Made by a program: the position numbers and the translations under genes. The notes under the pieces are model-generated. The model did not search any database. It was not told the origin of the DNA and saw nothing but the letters and a program-made list of their open reading frames with translations. From contig CAYWJF010000002.1 in assembly GCA_964458545.1 (NCBI GenBank), forward strand, positions 3,504 through 59,439: a DNA stretch of 55,936 nucleotides. Reading direction: 5' to 3'. Positions 8,920-19,207 of the stretch are shown here, piece after piece. Source of the stretch: an uncultured Oscillospiraceae bacterium (lineage in GTDB: Bacteria; Bacillota; Clostridia; Oscillospirales; Ruminococcaceae). The stretch's first letter is position 1. Every line of letters starts with the position of its first letter.

Positions 8920-10245
8920 ATGGCAAATATCTTTTTTATCTCGCTTGGCTGCGACAAAAACCGAATAGACAGCGAAATTATGCTGAAAAAGCTTTCAGAT
9001 GGCGGACACAGCATTGTCGCGGACGTAAACGACGCCGACTGCGCCTTGGTTAACACCTGCGGCTTCATTGAAAGCGCAAAAACCGAGGCGATAGACGCTA
9101 TCTTCGATATGGTAAGAGCGAAGGAAGCGGGCACAATCAAGGCTGTTGTGGTGACGGGCTGTCTTGCCGAGCGGTATAAGGAAGAGCTTCATAAGCTTAT
9201 CCCCGAGGCTGACGCGGTTATCGGGCTTTGCGGCAACGCGGATATTTTGAATATTGTAAACGCCGCGCTTGAGGGCGAAAAGACCTATAAATTCGGAAAA
9301 CCCGAGGAGCTTGTTATTGAAGGCGGGCGGCTTTTGTCCACACTTCCACATTACGCCTATTTAAAGCTTGCCGAGGGCTGTTCTAACCACTGCACCTATT
9401 GCGCAATTCCTTCTATTCGCGGCGCGTACCGCTCGCGGCCGAAAGCCAATATCTTAGCTGAGGCGCGTTCGCTGCTTCGCGACGGGGTGCGCGAGCTTAT
9501 CCTTATTGCGCAGGATACCACCTCCTACGGCAAGGACCTCGACGGCGGAGAAAGCCTCGCCTCACTTTTAACGTCGCTCTGCGAAATTGAGGGGGACTTT
9601 AAGCTGCGGGTACTTTACGCCTACCCCGAAAGGATAACGGACAAGCTAATCGAGGTTATGGCGCGCGAAGAGAAGATAGCGAAGTATCTCGATATACCGC
9701 TTCAGCACGCCTCAGGCGCGGTGCTAAAAAGAATGGGGCGTTTCGGCGACAGCCGTTCGCTTCTTTCGCTGATAGAAAGACTGCGCGCAAGAATACCCGA
9801 TATTACCCTTCGCTCTACCTTTATCGTCGGTTTTCCCGGCGAAACCGAGGAGCAGTTTGCAGAGCTTATAGCTTTCATAAAGACGGCGAGACTTGACCGC
9901 GCGGGCTGCTTTGAGTTTTCCGCTGAGGAGGGAACACCCGCCGTGAAGCTTACCCCGCAAATAGATAATGAAACTAAGGCGCGCCGTGCCGAAAGCTTCC
10001 GCTTTATTCAGTCGGAAATTACGATAAAAAAGAACGAGGAGAAGATAGGACGTATCTATAGAGTCATCTGCGACGGCTTTGATGAGGAAAAGGGAATGTT
10101 CGCCTGTCGTGGCGACGCGGACGCGCCCGAGATAGACACGCTTATATATCTGCCGCTTGAAAGCGACCTTATGGTGGGCGAGGTATACGAAATTAAGGTT
10201 ACGGGCGCGGACGATTTTGACCTTTTGGGAGAACTCATTCGGTAG
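8920..10245 (+). CDS. rimO: Ribosomal protein S12 methylthiotransferase RimO (radical SAM).
   Basis: N-terminal UPF0004 domain (ISLGCDKN), radical-SAM CSNHCTYC, C-terminal TRAM domain, about 440 aa. Confidence 0.85.
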   Translation: MANIFFISLGCDKNRIDSEIMLKKLSDGGHSIVADVNDADCALVNTCGFIESAKTEAIDAIFDMVRAKEAGTIKAVVVTGCLAERYKEELHKLIPEADAVIGLCGNADILNIVNAALEGEKTYKFGKPEELVIEGGRLLSTLPHYAYLKLAEGCSNHCTYCAIPSIRGAYRSRPKANILAEARSLLRDGVRELILIAQDTTSYGKDLDGGESLASLLTSLCEIEGDFKLRVLYAYPERITDKLIEVMAREEKIAKYLDIPLQHASGAVLKRMGRFGDSRSLLSLIERLRARIPDITLRSTFIVGFPGETEEQFAELIAFIKTARLDRAGCFEFSAEEGTPAVKLTPQIDNETKARRAESFRFIQSEITIKKNEEKIGRIYRVICDGFDEEKGMFACRGDADAPEIDTLIYLPLESDLMVGEVYEIKVTGADDFDLLGELIR

Positions 10246-10308
10246 CTATGTACATTTGCGGGCTTTTACTTTATAATACAAAATGAACTTAAAATAGGGG
10301 GATAAACT

Positions 10309-10875
10309 ATGAATCTACCAAACAAATTAACTATTCTTCGAGCGGTGCTTGTGCCCGTGTTTCTGGTGTTTCTTCTTATTCCCACTATTCCGTATAATTA
10401 TCTTTTGGCGTTTGTCGTTTTCTGTATAGCTTCCTTCACCGATTTTCTCGACGGCAGAATAGCGCGAAAGAATAATATGGTAACCTCCTTCGGGAAGTTT
10501 ATGGACCCGCTTGCTGACAAGGTACTTGTAACAAGCGCGCTTATCGCGCTTTGCGCCCTCGGCTTCGCGCCGCCCGTCGCGGTTATAATAATTGTCGCGC
10601 GCGACTTTATGGTATCGGCTATACGCCTTGCCGCCGTTTCAAGTGAGGGTAAGGTAATAGCGGCGAATATCTGGGGCAAGATAAAAACCGCTTTTCAGAT
10701 GGTCGCTATCTGCGGCGTGCTTCTCGCGCTGCATTTCGCGAGCATATATCAGGTTATCTTCCCCGACGTAATTTTTTACAGCAATATAGCAATGTGGGCG
10801 CTTGCCGCCGTAACCGCTATTTCGGGCGGTATCTACCTTAAGCAGAATATAGAACTTATCAATACATTCAAATAA
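10309..10875 (+). CDS. pgsA: CDP-diacylglycerol--glycerol-3-phosphate 3-phosphatidyltransferase.
   Basis: CDP-alcohol phosphatidyltransferase motif DFLDGRIARK...GKFMDPLADK. 4-5 TM, 188 aa. Confidence 0.85.
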   Translation: MNLPNKLTILRAVLVPVFLVFLLIPTIPYNYLLAFVVFCIASFTDFLDGRIARKNNMVTSFGKFMDPLADKVLVTSALIALCALGFAPPVAVIIIVARDFMVSAIRLAAVSSEGKVIAANIWGKIKTAFQMVAICGVLLALHFASIYQVIFPDVIFYSNIAMWALAAVTAISGGIYLKQNIELINTFK

Positions 10876-10884
10876 GAGGCTTTT

Positions 10885-12264
10885 ATGTTAATCTACAATA
10901 CCCTTACAAGAAAAAAAGACGAGCTTAAGCCCGTAAAGGCGGGCGAGGTCGGCATATACGTCTGCGGACCGACGGTATATAACTTTATACATATCGGTAA
11001 CGCGCGTCCGCTATGCGTGTTTGATACCCTTCGCCGCTATCTTGAGTACCGCGGCTATAAGGTAAACTACGTCCAAAATTTCACCGATGTCGAGGACAAG
11101 CTTATTAAGAAGGCGGCAGAGGAGGGTATAACCGTGCCCGAGGTTGCCGACAGATATATAAAAGAATACTTTACTGACGCTGACGGTCTTAACGTTCGCC
11201 GCGCCACCACCCATCCGCGCGCGACGGAGAATATGGACGGTATACTTGAAATTGTAAACGGGCTTGTCAAGAATGGTCACGCCTATGCGACCGACGACGG
11301 CGACGTATATTTCCGTGCGCGTAGCTTAAATGGCTACGGCAAGCTTTCTCACCAGCCGCTTGACGAGCTGGAGGCGGGCGCGAGGATAGGCGTGGGCGAA
11401 AAGAAGGAGGACCCGATGGACTTCGCCCTTTGGAAGAGCGCGAAGCCCGGCGAACCGAGCTGGGAAAGCCCCTACGGAAACGGACGCCCCGGCTGGCATA
11501 TTGAATGCTCCGCAATGTCGCGGCGCTATCTCGGCGACACCTTCGATATCCACTGCGGCGGGCAGGATTTAATCTTTCCCCACCACGAAAACGAGATAGC
11601 CCAAAGCGAATGCTTCACGGGTGTAGATTTCGCGCATTATTGGATGCATAACGGTTACCTCAACATAGATAACCGCAAAATGTCGAAGTCACTCGGCAAC
11701 TTCTTTACTGTTCGCGAAATAAGCGAAAAGTGCGGCTATGAGCCGATACGGTATTTAATGATTAGTGCGCATTACAGAACGCCGATTAACTTCTCTAAGG
11801 AGATAATTGAGCAGTGCAAGGCGTCGCTCGAAAGACTTTACAACTGCCGCGAAAACCTTGATTTTGCTATTGAAAACGCGAGCGAGGGCGAAGAAAGCTT
11901 AAAGGCGCTCTGCGACGCGCACCGCGACGATTTCATTAAGGCTATGGAGGACGACCTCAACACCGCCGACGCGCTTTCCGCCTTGTTTGAGCTCGTACGC
12001 GACATTAACAGCGCGAAGGAGGAAAGCCGCGAGTCGCTAATGTACGCCGCGAAGACCTTCGACGAGCTATCGGACGTTTTGGGGCTTGTATATAACCGAA
12101 ACAAGGACGAGATACCAAACGAGATATTCGAGCTTGCGAACCAGCGTGTTATAGCGAGAAAGAATAAGGACTTTGCCGAGGCGGACAGACTACGCGAAAG
12201 AATAGCCGAGCTTGGCTATCAGCTTGAGGATACCGCGCAAGGACCGAAGATAACGAAGAAATAA
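10885..12264 (+). CDS. cysS: Cysteine--tRNA ligase.
   Basis: HIGH-type motif HIGNARP, KMSKS present, Zn-binding GWHIEC and [15 protein letters not shown]. Confidence 0.95.
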   Translation: MLIYNTLTRKKDELKPVKAGEVGIYVCGPTVYNFIHIGNARPLCVFDTLRRYLEYRGYKVNYVQNFTDVEDKLIKKAAEEGITVPEVADRYIKEYFTDADGLNVRRATTHPRATENMDGILEIVNGLVKNGHAYATDDGDVYFRARSLNGYGKLSHQPLDELEAGARIGVGEKKEDPMDFALWKSAKPGEPSWESPYGNGRPGWHIECSAMSRRYLGDTFDIHCGGQDLIFPHHENEIAQSECFTGVDFAHYWMHNGYLNIDNRKMSKSLGNFFTVREISEKCGYEPIRYLMISAHYRTPINFSKEIIEQCKASLERLYNCRENLDFAIENASEGEESLKALCDAHRDDFIKAMEDDLNTADALSALFELVRDINSAKEESRESLMYAAKTFDELSDVLGLVYNRNKDEIPNEIFELANQRVIARKNKDFAEADRLRERIAELGYQLEDTAQGPKITKK

Positions 12265-12266
12265 AG

Positions 12267-12300
12267 ACGAGCCGAACGCATATAGCGTTCGGCTCGTTTT
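12267..12300 (+). terminator. Intrinsic terminator after cysS (13-bp stem + T run); also sits behind the convergent GGDEF gene.
   Basis: ACGAGCCGAACGC-atata-GCGTTCGGCTCGT followed by TTT. Confidence 0.75.
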
Positions 12301-12312
12301 GCCGCGAAGTCC

Positions 12313-14328
12313 TTATCTTTTCCCGTCGGGATTGTTCTGGTGGTGCAGCTTCTTGGTGTTGTACATCTCGTTATCCGCGATATTTGTCAAAAACTCAAGC
12401 GAGGTGTTTTCGTCGGGAACGCAGACATATCCGCCCAAGCTCGCGCTTAGCTGATACGGCTTGTCGGAGACCATATTAAACCGCTCCACCTCGGTGTATA
12501 CCGATTTTATAAACTGTTCCATATCCGTGTGCGAGTAATCTATACCGAGCACCATAAATTCGTCGCCGCTCAGATGCACGCAGATATCCTGCGGACGCGC
12601 TACCCGCTTTAGGCAAGCGGCGAGCGAGGAGATAGCCGCGTCGCCCTCCTTATGCCCAAAGTTGTCGTTGATATATTTTAGGTAGTCAATGTCGGCGCTC
12701 AGTATCATAAAGCTCTTCTTGCGGCTCTTTGCCTTTTCAAAAAGCTCGTTCGCGCACTGCACATAGCCGCGTCTGTTGAGAAGCCCCGTAAGGGTGTCGC
12801 GGATATATAGCTGTTCAAGCTGCTTTGCGTAATTCTGTACGGCGAAGTGAAGACAAAGGTTTTCCACCGCCGTCGCGAGCGTCTGGCAGAAGGAGCGGAA
12901 CATAAACTCGCTTATATCCTCCGCGTCAAACACAACATAGCCGTAGTTTCTGTTGAGTGAATACATAGAGCAGAAAACAAGGCTTTCACCCTCGTGGTCG
13001 GGCATATCGGGGAGAAGCTCCTCAGACAAGAAACTCTTTCTGGGAAGCACATGCTTGCCGTCAAATCCGAAGATAAGGCGCATACTGCCAAATTCGGAAT
13101 GAGGAAGGTCAAGTCTTGTAGCGAAGCTTCCGGGGTTCGGCTGTTCGGAAAGGTGCGACTCTGAGACGCAGACGTAAAGCCTGCGAATGGCGAACTGTTC
13201 CACTACCGTTGAAAGGCGGTTTCTAAGGTCGTTCATATCCTCAGCGCCCGAAAGGTAGGTGTTGAAGGTAACAGAAGCGTAGTGGTCCTTTGTGAAACGG
13301 TCGCGTTGCTTAGTTAAGAACTTAATATAGCTTGTTTCACAGCTTTCGTCTATCGCGCCGCATCCGCAGGAGTTACCTATAACCATCCTTGTTTCAAACG
13401 ACTGGCTGCGCGAAACCTCCTTGCCCTCCAGCACGTCGAGCGCCGTTGCGACCGAGCGCATACCAAGTGCTCTTGTGGGACGAAGCACCGAGGTAATAGA
13501 GGGAACGTGTATTTCCGCTTCCTTTGTCGCGTCCTCTCCCGCTATTGCGATATCGGTGGGAATTGATATGCCGATATCGCTGAGATAATCGGAAACGCCG
13601 AGCGCCATATCGTCGTTGGTGCAGAGTATTGCGTCGGGCTTCTGGTTGCTTTTAATAAAGTATTCCGCCGCCTCAGCGCCGCTTTCGCGCATATAGCTTC
13701 CACGGAAGATTTGGCTGTCGTCTATCTTCACGCCGAGGTCGTCCATTGACTTCTTAAACGCGATAAGGCAGTTGTCCGCCACCTTGTTGCCAACGGGTCC
13801 GCCGACGTAGCAGAAGCGTTTCTTTCCGTGAACCTCCACAAAATGCTTGGAAAGCTCGGCTATACCTGTGTATTCATCAAAGTATATGTTGTACGCGCCG
13901 TCCACCTCGCAGCATATGCTCACTATCGGCACACCCGCCGCCTTTTCTATAACCTCGTCGATATAGTTAAGCGCTATGGGGTTAAGGATAGTGCTTTTTA
14001 GCAGAATGATGGCGTCGAACTTTTTGAGGTCGGGCAGATTGATTATTGCCGCCTCCCCGATATTAACCGATTGTGTTTCAATATTCGCCTCGCTTAAAAC
14101 CGAAAAGAGACAGAGCGTCACCCCGCGTTTTTTTGCCTCCTCAAACATTCCGCTGGTTATCTCGTGCGCGTAGGTTTTATAAGGCGCCGCGACAAAAACA
14201 GCAATACGACTATTTCTCATTTCTATTTTATTATCCTTTCGTAAATGCCGCGTGAGCAGCGGCAATTTTACCTTTAAGCAGAACTCGCTGAAAACTGCGT
14301 TCATCTGTGGTCTTTTCTCTATTATCAT
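12313..14328 (-). CDS. Cytoplasmic LacI/RbsB-type ligand-binding (periplasmic-binding-protein fold) domain fused to a GGDEF diguanylate cyclase.
   Basis: No TM or signal peptide. N-terminal IAVFVAAPY...ILCTNDDMALG is sugar-binding-fold like. C-terminal GLLNRRGY, DIDYLKYINDNFGHKEGD, SGDEF, with an RPQD I-site 5 residues upstream. The true start may be ATG 14220 (MRNSRIAVF). Confidence 0.8.
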   Translation of the reverse strand: MIIEKRPQMNAVFSEFCLKVKLPLLTRHLRKDNKIEMRNSRIAVFVAAPYKTYAHEITSGMFEEAKKRGVTLCLFSVLSEANIETQSVNIGEAAIINLPDLKKFDAIILLKSTILNPIALNYIDEVIEKAAGVPIVSICCEVDGAYNIYFDEYTGIAELSKHFVEVHGKKRFCYVGGPVGNKVADNCLIAFKKSMDDLGVKIDDSQIFRGSYMRESGAEAAEYFIKSNQKPDAILCTNDDMALGVSDYLSDIGISIPTDIAIAGEDATKEAEIHVPSITSVLRPTRALGMRSVATALDVLEGKEVSRSQSFETRMVIGNSCGCGAIDESCETSYIKFLTKQRDRFTKDHYASVTFNTYLSGAEDMNDLRNRLSTVVEQFAIRRLYVCVSESHLSEQPNPGSFATRLDLPHSEFGSMRLIFGFDGKHVLPRKSFLSEELLPDMPDHEGESLVFCSMYSLNRNYGYVVFDAEDISEFMFRSFCQTLATAVENLCLHFAVQNYAKQLEQLYIRDTLTGLLNRRGYVQCANELFEKAKSRKKSFMILSADIDYLKYINDNFGHKEGDAAISSLAACLKRVARPQDICVHLSGDEFMVLGIDYSHTDMEQFIKSVYTEVERFNMVSDKPYQLSASLGGYVCVPDENTSLEFLTNIADNEMYNTKKLHHQNNPDGKR

Positions 14329-14500
14329 TTTAATATCTTCTAAATAAATATGCTATACAATTTTTCAAAAGAGAAAAAATTTATCGTATATTACAATTTT
14401 AAACACAAAATCTGTCTGTTTAAACGAAGGTAAAGTTACATAATAACGGTTGAAATAAGTTAGAAAAAAAAGTAGAATTAAAATAAGAAAATATACATTA

Positions 14501-15430
14501 ATGAAAGTGAGCGAAATAATGAAAGAACCCGTATTAGTTGTCCTTGCGGCGGGAATGGGTAGCCGTTACGGCGGGCTTAAGCAGATAGATAAAATAGGTG
14601 CAAACGGTGAAATTCTAATAGACTATTCTATTTACGACGCTGTAAAGGCGGGCTTCAAGAGGATAGCCTTTATAATTAACCACAGAATAGAGAAAGACTT
14701 TAAAGAAGTAATAGGCGACAGAATCTCTAAGCTTGTGGAAACAAGCTATGTTTATCAGGAGCTTGACAGCCTAATACCCGAGGGCTACGTGGTTTCGCCC
14801 GACAGAGTAAAGCCGTGGGGAACGGTACAGGCTATACTCGCGTGCGAGGGCATTGTTGACGCGCCCTTCGCGGTGATTAATTCCGACGACTATTACGGAA
14901 AAAGCGCGTATACTCAGATATATAATTATTTAGCCGACGCCGATAAGCGCGGTGATACGGATTTCGCTATGGTCGGCTACGAGCTTATGAACACCCTTAC
15001 CGAGCACGGCACGGTAACACGCGGCGTTTGTGAGACAAAAGACGGTTATCTCAGTCATATAACCGAGGTGCAAAAAATTGAGAAGCGTATGGACGGTCCC
15101 TACTCCGTTAGCGAAAGCGGCGAGGAAAAGCTTTCCGCCGACGGAACGGCTTCTATGAACTTCTGGGGCTTTACGCCGAAGCTGTTTACTCTTTTAAGAC
15201 CGCTCTTTGAGCGCTTTGTGCTGGAAGAGGGCGCAAAGAATCCGTTAAAGGCGGAGCTGCCTATACCAAGCGCAATAGGCGAACTGCTTGAGCGGGAGGA
15301 AATCTCGGTATTTGTAATGAAGAGTAAGGACAGATGGCACGGCGTAACCTATATTGAGGATAAGCCCGCGCTTCAACAGGCGATAAACGGCATGATAGCC
15401 GAGGGGGAATATCCCGAAAAGCTTTGGTAA
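14501..15430 (+). CDS. Sugar-phosphate nucleotidyltransferase family protein.
   Basis: N-terminal LAAGMGSRYGGLKQ nucleotide-binding loop and NSDDYYG. The start may be ATG 14519 (MKEPVLVV). Confidence 0.65.
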   Translation: MKVSEIMKEPVLVVLAAGMGSRYGGLKQIDKIGANGEILIDYSIYDAVKAGFKRIAFIINHRIEKDFKEVIGDRISKLVETSYVYQELDSLIPEGYVVSPDRVKPWGTVQAILACEGIVDAPFAVINSDDYYGKSAYTQIYNYLADADKRGDTDFAMVGYELMNTLTEHGTVTRGVCETKDGYLSHITEVQKIEKRMDGPYSVSESGEEKLSADGTASMNFWGFTPKLFTLLRPLFERFVLEEGAKNPLKAELPIPSAIGELLEREEISVFVMKSKDRWHGVTYIEDKPALQQAINGMIAEGEYPEKLW

Positions 15431-15461
15431 ACCTGCGGCAAATATTTAAGGAGCGTTTGCT

Positions 15462-17210
15462 ATGATTCTTTTAAAGGGCAGCGCGGTTTCGAGCGGTGTG
15501 GCGATAGGCAAGGTCTACGTCTATCGCGCCTTCTCCTATGACGTTCACGAGGCTTACTTTGACGAGGGCTTCGAGGACGCGAATTTCGCGCGCTTTTCCA
15601 CCGCGGTCATGAGCGCCGAGGCGGAGCTTGACGTTATGATATCAGGCTTCGGTGAAAAAGGCGAGGATAAAGCGCAGATTTTTGAGGCGCATAAGCAGAT
15701 ATTGACCGACGAGGATATAGTAGAGCGCATTCACGAGGAGATATATACAAACCATACCGTCACGGAATACGCCGTTCAGATGGTTTTTAACGAGTATATC
15801 GCCCTTCTTCGCAAGGTAAACGACCCGCTTATCTCAGAAAGGGTAGACGACCTGCGCGACGTGAGAAACAGGTTGCTTCGCATACTCGGCGGCGGCAAGG
15901 AGGAGAACCTCTCCAAGCTTACGCGTGAGGTTATCGTCGTGGCGCACGACCTTCTGCCGAGTGTAATAGCCACAATGGACCGAACGAAGGTCAAGGGGAT
16001 AGTTACCGAAAAGGGCGGGGCAAACTCACACACCGCCATTATCGCGCGTAGCTACGGCATACCCGCCGTTCTCGACGTTGCGGACGCGACCAAAATACTA
16101 AAAAACGGCGCCGTCGTAATACTTGACGCGGCGAACAATAACACTACGGGCGTGATACGCCTTGAGCCCGACCGCGAAACCGTTAAGCGCTACCGCGAAA
16201 AGGAGAAGCGCTTCGCAAAGGAGCAGAAGGAAACGAGGAGCTTTTTGAATAAAGAGGCTCATTTAAAAAGCGGCGAGCGCATTGAAATAGGAATAAACAT
16301 AGATACCGAAGATTATATCGAGACGGTGAACTACAGCGATTATGTAGGCATACTTCGCACCGAAAGCATCTTCGCGGGCTTCGATAAGCCGCCTGACGAG
16401 GAGGAGCAGCTAAGCAGCTATAAAAGCGCCCTCGTCCACGCTAACGGAAAGGTGCTTACAATAAGAACCTTTGATTTTATGCCGGGAGTAATCTATCATT
16501 TTATCTCCGGCAAGGATAGAGTAAAAACCCAGATGGGCGTGCGTGGAATTAGGTACTGCGTACTCAACCAAGGGCTGTTTGAGACCCAGCTTCGCGCAGT
16601 ATACCGCGCCTCGGCTTTCGGAAAGGTAAGAATACTTTTCCCGATGGTAAGCTGTGTTGAAGACCTTGTGTTTGCGCGTGAGCTCTGCGACAAGGTGAAA
16701 AACGACCTGCGTGAAAAGCGGGTAGAATTTGATGAAAATGTACCGCTCGGCATAGTCACCGAGATACCGCAAGCGGCTATGTCGGCTGACCTCTTCGCCC
16801 CGCTTTGCGATTTCGCCTGCGTCGGCACCAACGACCTTTGCCAATACTTCTGCGCCGCGGGTCGCGGCGAAACCTCCGCCGCGCCGTGGCACCAAAGCTA
16901 CGCGCCCGCGTTTTTGCGTCTATTAAAGAATATTTCCGACGTATTTAAACGGTACAAAATCCCGATATATGCCTGCGGCGAGCTTGCCGCCGAGCAGATG
17001 GGCGCCGTGCTTTTAGTCGGGCTTGGCTATGAGTCGTTAAGTATAGACGAGACCTGCGTCGCAAGGATAAAGCGTATACTTTCCGAAACGACTAAGGCAG
17101 AAGCCGAGGGTATTGCGAACAAGGCGCTTTCTATGACCACCGAGCAGGAGGTGCTTATACTCGTTCGCGACGTTTTCAGCGCCTACCGAAGAAGAAACGA
17201 AGAAGCATAA
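15462..17210 (+). CDS. ptsI: Phosphoenolpyruvate--protein phosphotransferase (PTS Enzyme I) paralogue.
   Basis: Phospho-His context GGANSHTAIIARSYGIPAV, PEP-binding VGTNDLCQY, catalytic Cys context YACGELA. The usual IRTLDIGGDK is degenerate (IRTFDFMPG). RBS AAGGAG. Confidence 0.75.
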   Translation: MILLKGSAVSSGVAIGKVYVYRAFSYDVHEAYFDEGFEDANFARFSTAVMSAEAELDVMISGFGEKGEDKAQIFEAHKQILTDEDIVERIHEEIYTNHTVTEYAVQMVFNEYIALLRKVNDPLISERVDDLRDVRNRLLRILGGGKEENLSKLTREVIVVAHDLLPSVIATMDRTKVKGIVTEKGGANSHTAIIARSYGIPAVLDVADATKILKNGAVVILDAANNNTTGVIRLEPDRETVKRYREKEKRFAKEQKETRSFLNKEAHLKSGERIEIGINIDTEDYIETVNYSDYVGILRTESIFAGFDKPPDEEEQLSSYKSALVHANGKVLTIRTFDFMPGVIYHFISGKDRVKTQMGVRGIRYCVLNQGLFETQLRAVYRASAFGKVRILFPMVSCVEDLVFARELCDKVKNDLREKRVEFDENVPLGIVTEIPQAAMSADLFAPLCDFACVGTNDLCQYFCAAGRGETSAAPWHQSYAPAFLRLLKNISDVFKRYKIPIYACGELAAEQMGAVLLVGLGYESLSIDETCVARIKRILSETTKAEAEGIANKALSMTTEQEVLILVRDVFSAYRRRNEEA

Positions 17211-17219
17211 ATAAAACGA

Positions 17220-17260
17220 AAGCCGCCGACCTCTTAAAGGTCGGCGGCTGTTTTGCTTTT
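17220..17260. terminator. Bidirectional intrinsic terminator between the convergent ptsI-like and GPH genes.
   Basis: AGCCGCCGACCT-cttaa-AGGTCGGCGGCT, flanked by an A-rich 5' side and a T-rich 3' side. Confidence 0.75.
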
Positions 17261-17265
17261 TGCCG

Positions 17266-19086
17266 TTACTTCTTTTCGCGCTTCTCAATTTCGCTTAGCA
17301 TCATATCGTAGTATTCCTCGTCGATAATGAACTTTTTGCGCTGAATTACGAGCGCCGAAAGAAGAAGGATAATCGGTATAACCGTAAGCGCTATTCTGAG
17401 CGATATCTTCATCTTAATTGTTCCCTTGTCGCGGAAGTTGAGGTTGACCGCGCTTTCCTCTCCGCTGTCCACGTCGCCGACCTCTAAGGCGTAGACACCG
17501 CCGCTGCTTGTAAGCGAGGAGGAGTCTATTTCGGAAAGTCTGCCGAGCTCGGTCTTGTTACCGTCCGCGTCGGCTTGGGTAACAATAGCGTCGCCTATAG
17601 CCGTTACATACTTCGCGTCAAGCATATACTTATTCATAACCTCATCCGCGTCGATATCGGCGGTTACGCTTTCCACTGCCTTGTCATAGGCTTCTGTTCC
17701 CTCAGACAGCCCCTCAAATTCGCCTATGTAATCCTGTAGCTGTTCGACGTAGTAAACCTGAGCGGGAAGGTCAGCCTTCGCGAAGAAGTCACGCTGAGCT
17801 TCAAGCGCGCTTATCGACTGGCTTAGTCCGTATATGCCCGAAACGGTAAGCACCACCGTAACAATAAGTGTGTGAAGAGCCGCGCCGAATTTCGCCATAA
17901 AGGGGCGAAGGGTGGAAACAACAGCCTCGTTGCGCTCGCCAAGCTTATAGTCGTTATACTCTACACAGTTTGTCATATTGACTATCGTAGCCATATAGAA
18001 CATTGACTGTCCGCCCGAAATGAGGATGATGAATACGCAGAGCAGTACAACCGTGAACGGAAGCCAGCTGAACCAGCCCATAAGAGCGAGTATTACATAG
18101 CCGAAGCAGGCGAGCGAAATGCTTATTGCCTGTAGCTTTTTACGCCCGAGCTTTGAAACGATAGCGGGGTAAAGCGCGTTAACAAGCACGCTCGTAATTC
18201 CATAGGCGCAAACGACATAGAAGTAAAGGGTGCCGTTATAGCCTATTTCCATATAAAGAAGGTTCGCCGCAAGCGCCGTAAGAAGCGCGCTGCCGACGTT
18301 ATAGAACATACAGGAAAGGGTCATCCAGAGTATCTGGTCGTTCCTCTTTATCGTGAACCACATCTTTTTGAGCGAGACCTTTTCCGACTTCTCGTTATTG
18401 CGTCTGGGCGGCTCCTTTACGCCGAAAAAGACCATTACCTGACTTGCTATAAAAACAAGACCTACTAAAAGACCGACAAAGCGGTAGCCCGCGCGCATAT
18501 CACCAGTAGTGACCATAGGTATAACGCCCTGAGCGATAATAGCGCCGACGCCCGCGAAGAGCACGGTCAGCATTGTAGCGGAGTTGCGCTCGTCGGTTTT
18601 GCTCGAAAGGCTCGGTAGCATCGACCAGTAGCCGATATCGTTCATCGTGAAGGTGGATTCCCAAAGCAGATACATTATGCTCATAAACACGACGAAGCTC
18701 CAGCCCGAAAGCGACTGGATATTAAACATAAGGATAATAACAAGCCCGCAGGAGAGCGCGCCGATAATTATCCACGGGCGGAACTTGCCCGCCCTCATAT
18801 GGGTGCCCTCAATAATAGCGCCCATCATCGGGTCGTTAATCGCGTCCCAAATTCGTCCGCCCACGCCGATAATAATGCTAAGCAGCGTGAACTGCGCGAG
18901 GGTGAGCGATACGCCGAACTGTATGTAGATAAGTAGGAAGGAGGCGATAAGCTGGTACGCCATATCGCGCCCTATTCCGCTGGAGGTGAAAAACCACTTG
19001 TTTCTTTCAAAGGTTTTCTTTCTTTGAATTTCCGCGGCATCGGTTTCTACTGCGGTTACCGCGGCGTCTTTCGTTTTATCTGACAT
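17266..19086 (-). CDS. Glycoside-pentoside-hexuronide (GPH/MelB-like) cation symporter with a C-terminal soluble insertion and an extra TM.
   Basis: Multi-TM MFS_2-like sequence (WFFTSSGIGRDMAYQL, DAINDPMMG). About 150 hydrophilic residues precede a final TM. RBS AGGAGG. Confidence 0.75.
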   Translation of the reverse strand: MSDKTKDAAVTAVETDAAEIQRKKTFERNKWFFTSSGIGRDMAYQLIASFLLIYIQFGVSLTLAQFTLLSIIIGVGGRIWDAINDPMMGAIIEGTHMRAGKFRPWIIIGALSCGLVIILMFNIQSLSGWSFVVFMSIMYLLWESTFTMNDIGYWSMLPSLSSKTDERNSATMLTVLFAGVGAIIAQGVIPMVTTGDMRAGYRFVGLLVGLVFIASQVMVFFGVKEPPRRNNEKSEKVSLKKMWFTIKRNDQILWMTLSCMFYNVGSALLTALAANLLYMEIGYNGTLYFYVVCAYGITSVLVNALYPAIVSKLGRKKLQAISISLACFGYVILALMGWFSWLPFTVVLLCVFIILISGGQSMFYMATIVNMTNCVEYNDYKLGERNEAVVSTLRPFMAKFGAALHTLIVTVVLTVSGIYGLSQSISALEAQRDFFAKADLPAQVYYVEQLQDYIGEFEGLSEGTEAYDKAVESVTADIDADEVMNKYMLDAKYVTAIGDAIVTQADADGNKTELGRLSEIDSSSLTSSGGVYALEVGDVDSGEESAVNLNFRDKGTIKMKISLRIALTVIPIILLLSALVIQRKKFIIDEEYYDMMLSEIEKREKK

Positions 19087-19120
19087 ATCTTCCTCCTAAA
19101 TGCTAAGGTTTATTAGATAC

Positions 19121-19149
19121 ATTATATACAAATTTCGTCAACTATTCAA
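19121..19149 (-). promoter_or_regulatory. Sigma-A-type promoter for the GPH symporter (TTGAAT-17 nt-TATAAT on the minus strand).
   Basis: Hexamers read on the reverse complement at 19149-19144 and 19126-19121. Confidence 0.5.
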
Positions 19150-19207
19150 TAATATAATGCAGATTGACAGAAATTACTGAACGTTTACTAAAAAGTTTAC
19201 CTCGAAT

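Noticed and set aside
10876-10884. T-box or other leader upstream of cysS.
   Set aside because: Only 9 nt separate pgsA and cysS, so there is no room for a leader RNA. cysS is co-transcribed with the upstream genes.
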